Shown piece by piece: positions 17,491 to 26,347 of a DNA stretch of 64,000 bases. The position numbers and the translations under genes are program-made. This DNA comes from an uncultured Lachnospiraceae bacterium (GTDB taxonomy: Bacteria > Bacillota > Clostridia > Lachnospirales > Lachnospiraceae), in the NCBI GenBank assembly GCA_902797025.1, contig CADBRN010000016.1:723-64722 (forward strand), read 5' to 3'. How positions within the stretch are numbered: position 1 is the stretch's first letter; each line of letters starts with the position of its first letter. The notes beneath the pieces are model-generated. The model saw only the letters and a program-made list of their open reading frames with translations, was not told where the DNA came from and made no database searches.

Positions 17491-18954
17491 TCACATATTC
17501 GAATATCCCATCAGATAAAAATCGACTTCTTTTGCACACTCACGCCCTTCCGTGATCGCCCAGACGACGAGGGACTGACCTCTTCGCATATCTCCGGCCG
17601 TGAAAATTCCCTCCTGATTCGTCTGATAATGTTCCTGTTCGGTCATCACCGTTCCGCGCGGCCCCCGCGTAACGCCGAATGCATCCGCGATATAGTCCTG
17701 GCAGCCGACAAATCCGGCCGCGATCAGGAGCAGATCACAACGGATCGTCTGTTCCGTTCCCGGAACTTCGGTCATTTTGCCGTTTTCGAACCTCACCCGC
17801 ACCGTCGTCACTTTGTTGAGCCGTCCGCTCTTCGTCGTATGCAGCTCCCGGATCGTCGTCTCGTATGTTCGCGGATCCCCGCCGAACACAGCGATCGCCT
17901 CCTGCTGGCCGTAATCCGTCTTCAGAACCTTCGGCCATTCCGGCCACGGGTTCGATGTAAGACGCTCCTTCGGCGGCTCCGGCATCATCTCGAGCTGCCG
18001 GACGCTTTTACACCCCTGACGGATACACGTTCCGACACAGTCATTTCCGGTATCGCCGCCGCCGACGATGACCACATGTTTATTCGCGGCGCTGATGAAT
18101 CCGCCCGTCTCGCCGGTCAGAACGTGCTTCGTCGCGGACTTCAGAAAATCGACCGCAAAACAGACGCCCTTCGCGGAATCGAATCCGTCGACCGCCAGCG
18201 CTCTGGGCTTCTTCGCGCCGCAGCAAAGAACCACCGCATCGTACTCCTTTTTCAGTTCCTCCGCCGTCACATCGACACCGACATCCACGCCGGTACGGAA
18301 GACCACGCCTTCTTCCTCCATCAATTTTCTTCTGCGGACAACGACCTTTTTGTCCAGCTTCATATTCGGAATGCCGTACATCAGCAGGCCGCCGATCTGA
18401 TCATCCCGTTCAAACACGGTGACGCTGTGCCCTCTGTGATTGAGCTGATCCGCGACCGCAAGTCCGGACGGACCGCTTCCGACGACCGCGACGTGTTTGC
18501 CGCTCCGGATCTTCGGAATACGCGGCTTCATGTAGCCATTTGCAAACGCATTTTCGATGATAAACAGCTCGTTGTCATGAATTGTGACCGGGTCGCCGTT
18601 CATGCCGCAGGTGCAGGCCTTTTCACAGAGCGCGGGGCAGACTCTTCCGGTAAACTCCGGAAAATTGCTCGTTTTCAGAAGCCTCGAGAGCGCATACCTG
18701 AAATGGCCGTGGTACACCTCGTCATTCCATTCCGGAATCAGATTGTGCAGCGGACATCCCGTGACCATCCCCGAAAGTTTCATCGCGGACTGGCAGAGCG
18801 GAACGCCGCAGTTCATGCACCGGGCGCTCTGGCGCTCCCTCTCCTCCGGGCTCTGCGGAATTTTAAACTCCTTAAAATTTTTGATCCGTTCTTCCGGCGG
18901 AAGCCATGGATTTTCTTTTCGCTGATATTCTAAAAAACCTGTCGCTTTTCCCAT
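17491..18954 (-). CDS. gltD: Glutamate synthase (NADPH) small subunit
   Basis: N-terminal Cys cluster (CMNCGVPLCQ...GCPL), VAVVGSGPSGLAVADQL FAD/NAD fold, and IFTAGDMRRGQSLVVWAI. Confidence 0.9.
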   Translation of the reverse strand: MGKATGFLEYQRKENPWLPPEERIKNFKEFKIPQSPEERERQSARCMNCGVPLCQSAMKLSGMVTGCPLHNLIPEWNDEVYHGHFRYALSRLLKTSNFPEFTGRVCPALCEKACTCGMNGDPVTIHDNELFIIENAFANGYMKPRIPKIRSGKHVAVVGSGPSGLAVADQLNHRGHSVTVFERDDQIGGLLMYGIPNMKLDKKVVVRRRKLMEEEGVVFRTGVDVGVDVTAEELKKEYDAVVLCCGAKKPRALAVDGFDSAKGVCFAVDFLKSATKHVLTGETGGFISAANKHVVIVGGGDTGNDCVGTCIRQGCKSVRQLEMMPEPPKERLTSNPWPEWPKVLKTDYGQQEAIAVFGGDPRTYETTIRELHTTKSGRLNKVTTVRVRFENGKMTEVPGTEQTIRCDLLLIAAGFVGCQDYIADAFGVTRGPRGTVMTEQEHYQTNQEGIFTAGDMRRGQSLVVWAITEGRECAKEVDFYLMGYSNM

Positions 18955-19034
18955 CTTTCAATCCTCGTATTCTTATGTGAATCCGGCTGTGCCGGGATGA
19001 CTCCTTCTTCTGTTCTCTGAGCGAAACCTGCCGT

Positions 19035-22000
19035 TCAGCAGGCCCCGGTCACAAGATTGAACGCTTCCAGTTCGGCTTTCTCATACGGGATGCCCTGTTC
19101 CTCGAATTTGCTGATCGCCTTCAGCATTTTCTGATAATCATGCGGCACGATCTTCTTGAACGAGGGCAGATATCCGTCAAAATCATTGAGAATCTTCCTG
19201 CCGAGCGCCGAATCCGTCTCTTTCACATAGTCCGTCAGGATATCCCGAAGCTCGGAAATGTCATACTTTTCCGTGACCTCCTCGAGCGAAACCATCTGTT
19301 TGTTCAGCTTGCGGTAAAGGTCGTGCTTCTCGTCGAGCACATAGGCGATTCCGCCGCTCATACCCGCCGCAAAATTCTTTCCGGTGTTTCCCAGAATTAC
19401 CGCACGTCCTCCGGTCATATATTCAAGGCCGTGATCTCCGCAGCCCTCGACAACCGCAGTCGCTCCGGAATTCCGTACGCAGAACCGTTCTCCGGCCACG
19501 CCCGTGAAATAGGCTTTTCCGGAGGTCGCACCGTAGAGCGCAACGTTGCCGACAATAATATTTTCTTCCGGTTTGAACGTCGTTCCATCCGGAGGAGTAA
19601 GGACGAGTTTTCCGCCGGAGAGTCCCTTCCCGAATCCGTCGTTCGCGTCGCCCTTGAGCTTCAGTGTCAGTCCCTTCGGTGCAAACGCTCCGAAGGACTG
19701 TCCACCGCTTCCCTCGCACTGAACAACGAAGGTGTCCTCCGGGAGACTGCTGCCGAACCGTTTTGTGATCTCAGAGCCGGTGATCGTTCCGACCGCCCGG
19801 TCCGTCCCCTTCACTTTGACCCGGATCGTCTCCTTCGTTCCGTCCAGCCCGATGACCGGACTCGCCGCAATCTTCTGCATCGCGCGCTCAAGAGCCGGAA
19901 GAATGACGGACTCATCGACCGTTCTTTCCAGATGGAAATCGTACCGCTTCTCCGGAACAAAATGGCGCTCCGTCGCGTGGGCATATTTCTGATTCAGGAT
20001 AACCGAGAGATCCACCATGGACGCACGTTTTGTGATCTGCTGATCCTTCGGCGCCAGGCAGTCGCACCTGCCGACCATCTCATCGACCGTCCGGAATCCG
20101 AGTTTCGCCATGATCTCGCGAAGCTCCTCCGCGATGAACAGCATGAAGTTCATCACGTGCTCCGGTTTTCCGCGGAACCTCCTTCTCAGCGTCTCATTCT
20201 GTGTCGCAATGCCGACCGGACACGTATCCTTCGAACATACCCGCATCATCATGCATCCCATGCTCACAAGCGGAGCGGTCGCAAATCCGAATTCCTCCGC
20301 GCCGAGCAGCGCCGCGATCGCGACGTCGCGCCCGCTCATCAGCTTGCCGTCGGTCTCGAGGACGACGCGGCTTCTCAAATTGTTCTCGATCAGAGTCTGG
20401 TGTGTCTCGGACAGTCCGAGCTCCCACGGAAGTCCCGCATTATGGATCGACGAGAGCGGAGCCGCCCCCGTACCTCCGTCGTATCCGGAAATCAGGATGA
20501 CCTGAGCGCCGGCTTTCGCGACGCCGGACGCGATCGTTCCGACGCCCGCCTCAGAGACGAGCTTGACGTTGATCCGCGCATCCCGGTTCGCGTTTTGGAG
20601 ATCATAGATCAGCTGTGCCAGATCCTCGATCGAATAAATGTCATGGTGCGGCGGCGGAGAGATCAGCGATACGCCCGGGGTGGAGTGGCGGGTTTTCGCG
20701 ACCCACGGGTAAACCTTCATCCCCGGCAGATGCCCGCCCTCACCGGGTTTCGCTCCCTGCGCCATCTTGATCTGAATCTCCTTCGCGCTGTTCAGGTAGG
20801 CGCTCGTCACGCCGAAACGTCCCGACGCCACCTGCTTGATCGCGCTGTTCCGGATCGTTCCGAAACGCGAGGGATCCTCTCCGCCCTCACCGGTGTTTGA
20901 CTTGCCGCCGAGGGTATTCATCGCGACCGCCATCGTCTCGTGGGCCTCGGGGCTGATCGATCCGAAGGACATCGCGCCGGTCTTGAACCGTTTGACGATT
21001 TCACTTGCCGGCTCAACCTCATCGATCGGGACCGGATCCTGCTGCGGGACGAATTTCATCAGTCCGCGCAGCGTGTGCGGAAGATCACTGTCGACCATGG
21101 AGGTGTACAGCTTGAACTTCTCATAGCTGCCTTCACGGACCGCCTGCTGAAGCGTGATGATCGTCATCGGATTATAGAGGTGATCCTCCTTGTCCTTTCC
21201 GGAGAGCAGCTTGTGATTCCCGATCGAATCGAGCGTCGTGTCGACCCCCAGTCCGAGCGGATCAAATGCATGGTTGTGGCGGAATGTGACCCCCTCTGCG
21301 ATCTCGTTCAGGCCGATGCCGCCGACGCGGCTGACCGTCCCGGTAAAGTACCGGTCGATCACTTCCTTCGAAAGACCCACCGCCTCAAAGATACGGGCGG
21401 ACTGGTACGACTGAAGTGTGGAAATTCCCATCTTCGCCGCGGTCTTGACGATGCCTCCGAGCAGTGCATTGTTGTAGTCCCCGATCGCCGTATGATAATC
21501 CTTGTCGAGGATGCCGGTGTCGATCAATTCCGCGATGCACTCATGTGCAAGGTACGGATTGATCGCGCGGGCGCCAAATCCCAGGATCGTCGCACACTGA
21601 TGCACATCCCTCGGCTCACCGCTCTCAAGAATGAGTGAAACCTGCGTCCTCTTTTTCGTCCGGACCAGATGCTGCTCAACCGACGATACGGCCAGAAGCG
21701 ACGGGATCGGCATATGGTTCTCATCCACGCCGCGGTCCGAGAGGATGATGATGTTGTATCCCTTCGCATAAGCGCGGTCCACACTGATCGACAGCTGCTC
21801 CAGTGCCTTCTCAAGGGATGTATTTTTGTAATACAGAAGCGAGATCACCGCCGTTCGGAAACCCGGCTGATCAAGGGACTTGATCTTCAGCAGATCGACG
21901 CCCGTGAGGATCGGCTGATTGACCTCCAGAACGGTGCAGTTGTCACTCTTATCCTTCAGGAGGTTCCCGTCGGATCCGATGTACACGGTCGTGTCCGTGA

Positions 22001-23588
22001 CGACCTGCTCCCGGAGCGAGTCGATCGGCGGATTCGTCACCTGCGCGAAAAGCTGCTTGAAATAGTGAAAAATCGGCTGGTGTTTTTCAGACAGAACCGC
22101 AAGCGGAATGTCATGTCCCATCGACGCGGTCGCCTCGACCCCGTTCATCGCCATCGGAAGAATGTTGTCCTTCACATCCTCGTTGGTATACCCGAATACC
22201 TTATACAGCTTGTCCCGCATCTCCTGTGTGTGGGTGCTGATCTTCTTATTCGGGATCTCGAGCTCATCGAGATGGAGCAGATTCCGGTCCAGCCACTCGC
22301 CGTACGGCTCCCGTGTCGCGTAATACTCCTTGCACTCCGTATCGGAGATGATGCGCTTCTGCTTCGTATCTACGAGAAGCATGCGGCCAGGCTGAAGTCT
22401 TGATTTTTCAACAATGTGCTCCGGTTCAATATCCAGAACCCCGACCTCCGAAGAGAGAATCAGCCGGCTGTCATCGGTGATGTAATAGCGCGACGGACGC
22501 AGTCCGTTCCGGTCAAGCGTCGCACCCGCGATATCTCCGTCCGTGAAAAGGATCGCGGCAGGGCCGTCCCAGGGTTCCATCATTGTCGCATAGTAGTGGT
22601 AGAAATCCTGACGTTCGCGGTCCATGAATGAGTTATGCTTCCAGGGCTCCGGAATCGTGACCATCATCGCCAGAGGCAGATCCGTTCCGTTCATATACAG
22701 AAACTCCAGCGTGTTGTCGAGCATCGCAGAGTCCGATCCGGACGCTTCGATCACCGGGAGAATCTTATCCATATCATCCTCCATGATCGGGGATGTCATC
22801 GTCTCCTCGCGGGCGAGCATACGGTCGCTGTTTCCCCGGATCGTATTGATCTCGCCGTTGTGTGCGATCATGCGGTACGGATGTGCCCGGCGCCAGCTCG
22901 GCGTGGTATTCGTCGAAAATCTCGAGTGCACGAGCGCGATCGCGGTTTCGTAGGACGGATCCTGAAGATCTTCATAAAAATCACGCAGCTGCCTCACGAG
23001 AAACATTCCTTTGTAAACGATGGTTCTCGATGAGAGCGAGCAGATATACGTGTCCTCTGAGCTCTTCTCGAACTCGCGTCTTGCCACATACAGAAGCCGG
23101 TCAAAATCGATGCCCCGCGCGCAGCCGTCCGGCCGTGCGATGAACGCCTGCTCGATCTCCGGCATACAGTCCCTGGCAACCTGCCCCAGAATTTCCGGAT
23201 GAGTCGGAACCTTCCTCCATCCGAGAAAATCCAGACCGTTCTTCTGTACGATCACCTCGAACATTCTTTTGGCGAGCGTGCGCGGAAGCGTCTCCCGCGG
23301 CAGGAAAAACATGCCGATTCCGTAATCCCGCGCATCCGCCAGCTCAATCCCGTCATCCGCGGCCGCCTTCTTGAAAAATTTATGGGAAATCTGCGTAAGA
23401 ATACCGACGCCGTCGCCGACCTTTCCGGTCGCGTCCTTTCCGGCGCGATGTTCAAGCTTCTCGACGATATGGAGCGCGTCGCCGAGCGTTCCGTGGCTCG
23501 CGTGACCGTCGATATTGACGATCATGCCGATTCCGCACGCGTCGTGGTCCATCTTTTCTATATTAACTGATTGCGGCACTTTCATCAT
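19035..23588 (-). CDS. gltB: Glutamate synthase large subunit
   Basis: About 1517 aa. It has the Ntn amidotransferase start DACGIGMIVN, an FMN/3Fe-4S central domain, and a C-terminal GXGXG repeat domain (GNVALYGATSG, GDHGLEYMTGG). I trimmed the start to the ATG at 23588, after GGAGAAGAG. Confidence 0.95.
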   Translation of the reverse strand: MMKVPQSVNIEKMDHDACGIGMIVNIDGHASHGTLGDALHIVEKLEHRAGKDATGKVGDGVGILTQISHKFFKKAAADDGIELADARDYGIGMFFLPRETLPRTLAKRMFEVIVQKNGLDFLGWRKVPTHPEILGQVARDCMPEIEQAFIARPDGCARGIDFDRLLYVARREFEKSSEDTYICSLSSRTIVYKGMFLVRQLRDFYEDLQDPSYETAIALVHSRFSTNTTPSWRRAHPYRMIAHNGEINTIRGNSDRMLAREETMTSPIMEDDMDKILPVIEASGSDSAMLDNTLEFLYMNGTDLPLAMMVTIPEPWKHNSFMDRERQDFYHYYATMMEPWDGPAAILFTDGDIAGATLDRNGLRPSRYYITDDSRLILSSEVGVLDIEPEHIVEKSRLQPGRMLLVDTKQKRIISDTECKEYYATREPYGEWLDRNLLHLDELEIPNKKISTHTQEMRDKLYKVFGYTNEDVKDNILPMAMNGVEATASMGHDIPLAVLSEKHQPIFHYFKQLFAQVTNPPIDSLREQVVTDTTVYIGSDGNLLKDKSDNCTVLEVNQPILTGVDLLKIKSLDQPGFRTAVISLLYYKNTSLEKALEQLSISVDRAYAKGYNIIILSDRGVDENHMPIPSLLAVSSVEQHLVRTKKRTQVSLILESGEPRDVHQCATILGFGARAINPYLAHECIAELIDTGILDKDYHTAIGDYNNALLGGIVKTAAKMGISTLQSYQSARIFEAVGLSKEVIDRYFTGTVSRVGGIGLNEIAEGVTFRHNHAFDPLGLGVDTTLDSIGNHKLLSGKDKEDHLYNPMTIITLQQAVREGSYEKFKLYTSMVDSDLPHTLRGLMKFVPQQDPVPIDEVEPASEIVKRFKTGAMSFGSISPEAHETMAVAMNTLGGKSNTGEGGEDPSRFGTIRNSAIKQVASGRFGVTSAYLNSAKEIQIKMAQGAKPGEGGHLPGMKVYPWVAKTRHSTPGVSLISPPPHHDIYSIEDLAQLIYDLQNANRDARINVKLVSEAGVGTIASGVAKAGAQVILISGYDGGTGAAPLSSIHNAGLPWELGLSETHQTLIENNLRSRVVLETDGKLMSGRDVAIAALLGAEEFGFATAPLVSMGCMMMRVCSKDTCPVGIATQNETLRRRFRGKPEHVMNFMLFIAEELREIMAKLGFRTVDEMVGRCDCLAPKDQQITKRASMVDLSVILNQKYAHATERHFVPEKRYDFHLERTVDESVILPALERAMQKIAASPVIGLDGTKETIRVKVKGTDRAVGTITGSEITKRFGSSLPEDTFVVQCEGSGGQSFGAFAPKGLTLKLKGDANDGFGKGLSGGKLVLTPPDGTTFKPEENIIVGNVALYGATSGKAYFTGVAGERFCVRNSGATAVVEGCGDHGLEYMTGGRAVILGNTGKNFAAGMSGGIAYVLDEKHDLYRKLNKQMVSLEEVTEKYDISELRDILTDYVKETDSALGRKILNDFDGYLPSFKKIVPHDYQKMLKAISKFEEQGIPYEKAELEAFNLVTGAC

Positions 23589-23630
23589 TTTCTCTTCTCC
23601 TCTTCTGGCGGTTGTCGCGGACTCCTTCGA

Positions 23631-23670
23631 TAAAAAAGCGGGCAAAAGCGACGTAAGCATACCCGCTTAC
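23631..23670 (-). promoter_or_regulatory. gltB leader: terminator hairpin overlapping an alternative hairpin (candidate attenuator)
   Basis: Minus-strand RNA: GTAAGC-gggtat-GCTTAC shares its AAGC with AAGCGGG-N19-CCCGCTT, which is followed by TTTTTAT. The two structures are mutually exclusive. Confidence 0.5.
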
Positions 23671-23713
23671 AAAAAAGACGCCTTTGTCCGCTCTTCGTTT
23701 TCTTATCGGCAAA

Positions 23714-23742
23714 ATGGTATCACCACACGCTTAGTATGTCAA
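23714..23742 (-). promoter_or_regulatory. Candidate sigma-A promoter of gltBD
   Basis: On the minus strand: TTGACA-17 nt-TACCAT, about 125 nt upstream of the gltB ATG. Confidence 0.5.
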
Positions 23743-23870
23743 GAAATAATTTCAGTTGTGATGGCAATAACATTTTCATATAGATCGCCCCGTTCTTCCT
23801 TTTGTGTTAGAATGAAGCTTGTAACGTACGAACCGGCGCCGGCGGAAAGGGCGTCTGAGGGAGGAAAACC

Positions 23871-24353
23871 ATGGGGAATAAAAAAAACAGCCGGATCACT
23901 CCGGCTTCTCTGAAAACAATATCGGCTGTCATCTCCGCTTTTCTTGCGGTCTGCTTTTTTCTTCCGGCGTACCACTACCATATGCCGGACTTCGACCGGA
24001 CGATCTCCTTCTTCCGTGTCGTGTTTCCGGGCACGGCGGACTCCGTCTTCACGGGGCACTCCGCGTTCGTGTTTCTTCTGATCCTTCCCGTCGCTATGAT
24101 CGTACTGCCGTTCTTCCGGAACCGGGGAAGCGACTCATTCCGGGTCGTCCTTCCCCTCGCAGTCGTCTATTTCTTCGTCCTGATGGCGATCATCAATCAG
24201 TTTCAGGAGATCCGGGATCTGCTCCGGACCGGCATCGTCGTCCTCGGAAGCTCCGGATCCTCTCACGCGGGTCCCGCCTTCGGAAGTATCGCGGCGGCCG
24301 CCGGATCTGTCGCTCAGATCGCCGTCGGCATCGCGTACCTCCGCTGCCGGTGA
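23871..24353 (+). CDS. Hypothetical integral membrane protein (160 aa, about 4 TM helices)
   Basis: Strong SD (GAGGGAGGAAAACC-ATG) and hydrophobic segments. I recognise no family. Confidence 0.6.
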   Translation: MGNKKNSRITPASLKTISAVISAFLAVCFFLPAYHYHMPDFDRTISFFRVVFPGTADSVFTGHSAFVFLLILPVAMIVLPFFRNRGSDSFRVVLPLAVVYFFVLMAIINQFQEIRDLLRTGIVVLGSSGSSHAGPAFGSIAAAAGSVAQIAVGIAYLRCR

Positions 24354-24358
24354 TCCCG

Positions 24359-24916
24359 TCACATGATCGCCATCGTCAGAATCATCTGAGCCGTCTCCAC
24401 CATGCTGCGTCCCGTATCCATACTGGTTTTCTGCATGTAGCGGTATGCTTCATCCTCGGTCATGTGATTTCGTTCGATCAGAACAAGTTTCGCGTTGTTG
24501 ATGTAATTTTCATCGCGCTCGCTCCTTACGCGCTTCGCTCTTTTCGCCGCTTTTGAAAGTCTCCGCTCGACCGTGTCCATCATCATGTTCACTGTTTCGA
24601 TAAACTCGTGAACCTTCACGGGCATGGTGACCGCGATCACATCCGTCTCACGTCCGGTGCTGATACCGGCACCGGAATCAAGTAAAAGCATATCAAAATT
24701 TTCCGGAAGAAAATCAAGAAGATCTGTATAATGCATATCCGCAAGAGCCATCGGACTGATCACGATGCCTCCGTCTCTTCTCCCCGTCTCCTGCAGAACC
24801 TCCGAACCTGTGGTAATCAGCATCACATCGCTGTATCCGTGACGGTTCAGCAGATCCCGGATCCGTGACGCGGTCTTTTGCTTGCCGGCAGGAAAGGCAA
24901 TAATTATCACGCTCAT
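24359..24916 (-). CDS. ANTAR-domain RNA-binding antiterminator with a degenerate receiver-like N-terminal domain (NitR-like)
   Basis: C-terminal NNAKLVLIERNHMTEDEAYRYMQKTSMDTGRSMVETAQMIL is an ANTAR helix bundle. The N-terminal approximately 110 aa has a receiver-like beta-alpha pattern, but I see no DD pair or phosphoacceptor Asp. It lies immediately downstream of glnA, and GGAGG precedes its ATG. Confidence 0.8.
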   Translation of the reverse strand: MSVIIIAFPAGKQKTASRIRDLLNRHGYSDVMLITTGSEVLQETGRRDGGIVISPMALADMHYTDLLDFLPENFDMLLLDSGAGISTGRETDVIAVTMPVKVHEFIETVNMMMDTVERRLSKAAKRAKRVRSERDENYINNAKLVLIERNHMTEDEAYRYMQKTSMDTGRSMVETAQMILTMAIM

Positions 24917-24947
24917 GCTTCATTCCTCCTGCGCGCTGTACCGGTCA

Positions 24948-26234
24948 TCAGATTTCCTGCAGATATTCCCGGATTTCCCAGTCCGTGACCTCTCTGGAGT
25001 AGCGCTCCCACTCGCTCATCTTCTCTTTGATGTACATATCGGCATACCGCCCGCCGCACACGCCGCGCAGGAACGCGTCATCCTCAAAAGCGCTCACGGA
25101 TTCGCGCAGGGTCGCAGGGAGTGTTCCGATCTTCTCATCCTCCGGAACCGGCTTCGCACCGCGCAGGATCCCGTCGACCCCGGAAGCGATCGCCATCGCG
25201 ATCGTGAGATACGGATTTGCCGCTCCGTCCGGAAGCTTCCACTCGATGCTCACGCCGCCGTTGTCATTTTTCACGATGCGGAGCGGCGCATAGTAATCCG
25301 TCGTCGACCAGAACAGTTCGGTCGGCGCGAAGAACCGTGCTTTCAGCCGCTTATAGGAATTGATGATCGGATTCGAGAACGCGGCGATGCCGTTCTGGTG
25401 TTCCATAATTCCGGTCACAAAGGAAAGCGCCTCATCACTGTACCAGCGTTTTTCGTCGCCCGCAAAAAGATCCTTTCCGTCCTTTTTCAGGGAGATTGTG
25501 AAGGCCATGGCCGATCCCATCAGATCGGTCCGCGGTTTCGGCATGAAGGTCGCGTGCAGGCCGTGGCGCTCCGCAACCGTGCGGATCGTGGCGCGAAATG
25601 TCTCGATCTGGTCCGCGACGCGGATTCCCTCACTCTGGCGGAAAACGACCGCGTGCTGCCCCGGAGCCGTCTCATGATTTGAGGACTCGATCTCAAATCC
25701 CATCTCCTCAAGCGTCAGTATCACATCGCGGCGCGCATTCTCTCCCTTGTCGAGCGGTGCGATATCAAGATACCCCGCCCGCTCGCCCGTGATCGTCGTC
25801 GGGCGGCCGTCCTCGTCATTCTGGAACAGAAAGAATTCACAGTTCGGCTTCAGATCGAAGCAAAATCCCTTTTCCGATGCCTGCTTCATCACATTCACAA
25901 GGATGGAGCGCGAACCGTCCGGGATCGGATCGCCGTTCTCATCGTTCAGGCGGCAGAGGAACCGGGCGACCTTTCCGTGCTGCGGTCTCCAGGGAAGGAT
26001 GGAGAACGTGTCAAAATCCGGCTGAAGATAAAAGCTGTTGTATCCGAGATAATTCATTCCCCGGATGTGGAAGCCGTCGACACGGCATTTGCCGGCGAGC
26101 GCCTTGCCGATCTGTCCCGCGGTGATCGCGATGTTTTTCAGTTCCCCGAAAAAATCAACGAACTGGAGGCGGATAAATTTCACATCTTCCTCATCGATCA
26201 TCTGAATGATTTCCTGTGCCGTATACTTTGCCAT
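24948..26234 (-). CDS. glnA: Glutamine synthetase, type I (short form)
   Basis: VKFIRLQFVDFFGELKNIAI beta-grasp N-terminus. The catalytic domain has HATFMPKP and NPYL motifs. 428 aa. Confidence 0.9.
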   Translation of the reverse strand: MAKYTAQEIIQMIDEEDVKFIRLQFVDFFGELKNIAITAGQIGKALAGKCRVDGFHIRGMNYLGYNSFYLQPDFDTFSILPWRPQHGKVARFLCRLNDENGDPIPDGSRSILVNVMKQASEKGFCFDLKPNCEFFLFQNDEDGRPTTITGERAGYLDIAPLDKGENARRDVILTLEEMGFEIESSNHETAPGQHAVVFRQSEGIRVADQIETFRATIRTVAERHGLHATFMPKPRTDLMGSAMAFTISLKKDGKDLFAGDEKRWYSDEALSFVTGIMEHQNGIAAFSNPIINSYKRLKARFFAPTELFWSTTDYYAPLRIVKNDNGGVSIEWKLPDGAANPYLTIAMAIASGVDGILRGAKPVPEDEKIGTLPATLRESVSAFEDDAFLRGVCGGRYADMYIKEKMSEWERYSREVTDWEIREYLQEI

Positions 26235-26265
26235 TTCGATCCTCCTGTTTTCTCATACTCATGAT

Positions 26266-26327
26266 CCAAAAGCGGCAGGGCCTTTCATGGGGCCGCTTTG
26301 CCGGCCTTAAAAAGTCTCTGCCGCTTA
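26266..26327 (-). promoter_or_regulatory. Structured terminator-like element in the 113-nt pyrG-glnA spacer (candidate regulated attenuator)
   Basis: Minus-strand RNA: the 3' arm CTGCCGCTT, followed by TTGG, can pair with either of two upstream copies, AAGCGGCAG or AAGCGGC. An internal hairpin GGCCG-gcaaag-CGGCC is also possible. Only about 35 nt remain between this element and the glnA ATG, which leaves no room for a promoter. Confidence 0.5.
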
Positions 26328-26347
26328 CCGGACGGTCACAAAACGAC

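Noticed and set aside
23757-23772. GlnR/TnrA-like palindrome TGTGA-TGGCAA-TAACA upstream of the gltB -35 element.
   Set aside because: The spacing between half-sites is 6 nt, not the 7 nt of the TGTNA-N7-TNACA consensus. It may still be a binding site, but it cannot be called a GlnR/TnrA box.
26266-26327. Strict match of the glnA and gltB leader hairpins to the published ANTAR dual-hexaloop (A1/G4) motif.
   Set aside because: The glnA hexaloop reads GCAAAG and the second gltB loop reads GGGUAU. Only the small gltB AAAGGC loop fits, so I claim only an ANTAR-candidate status.
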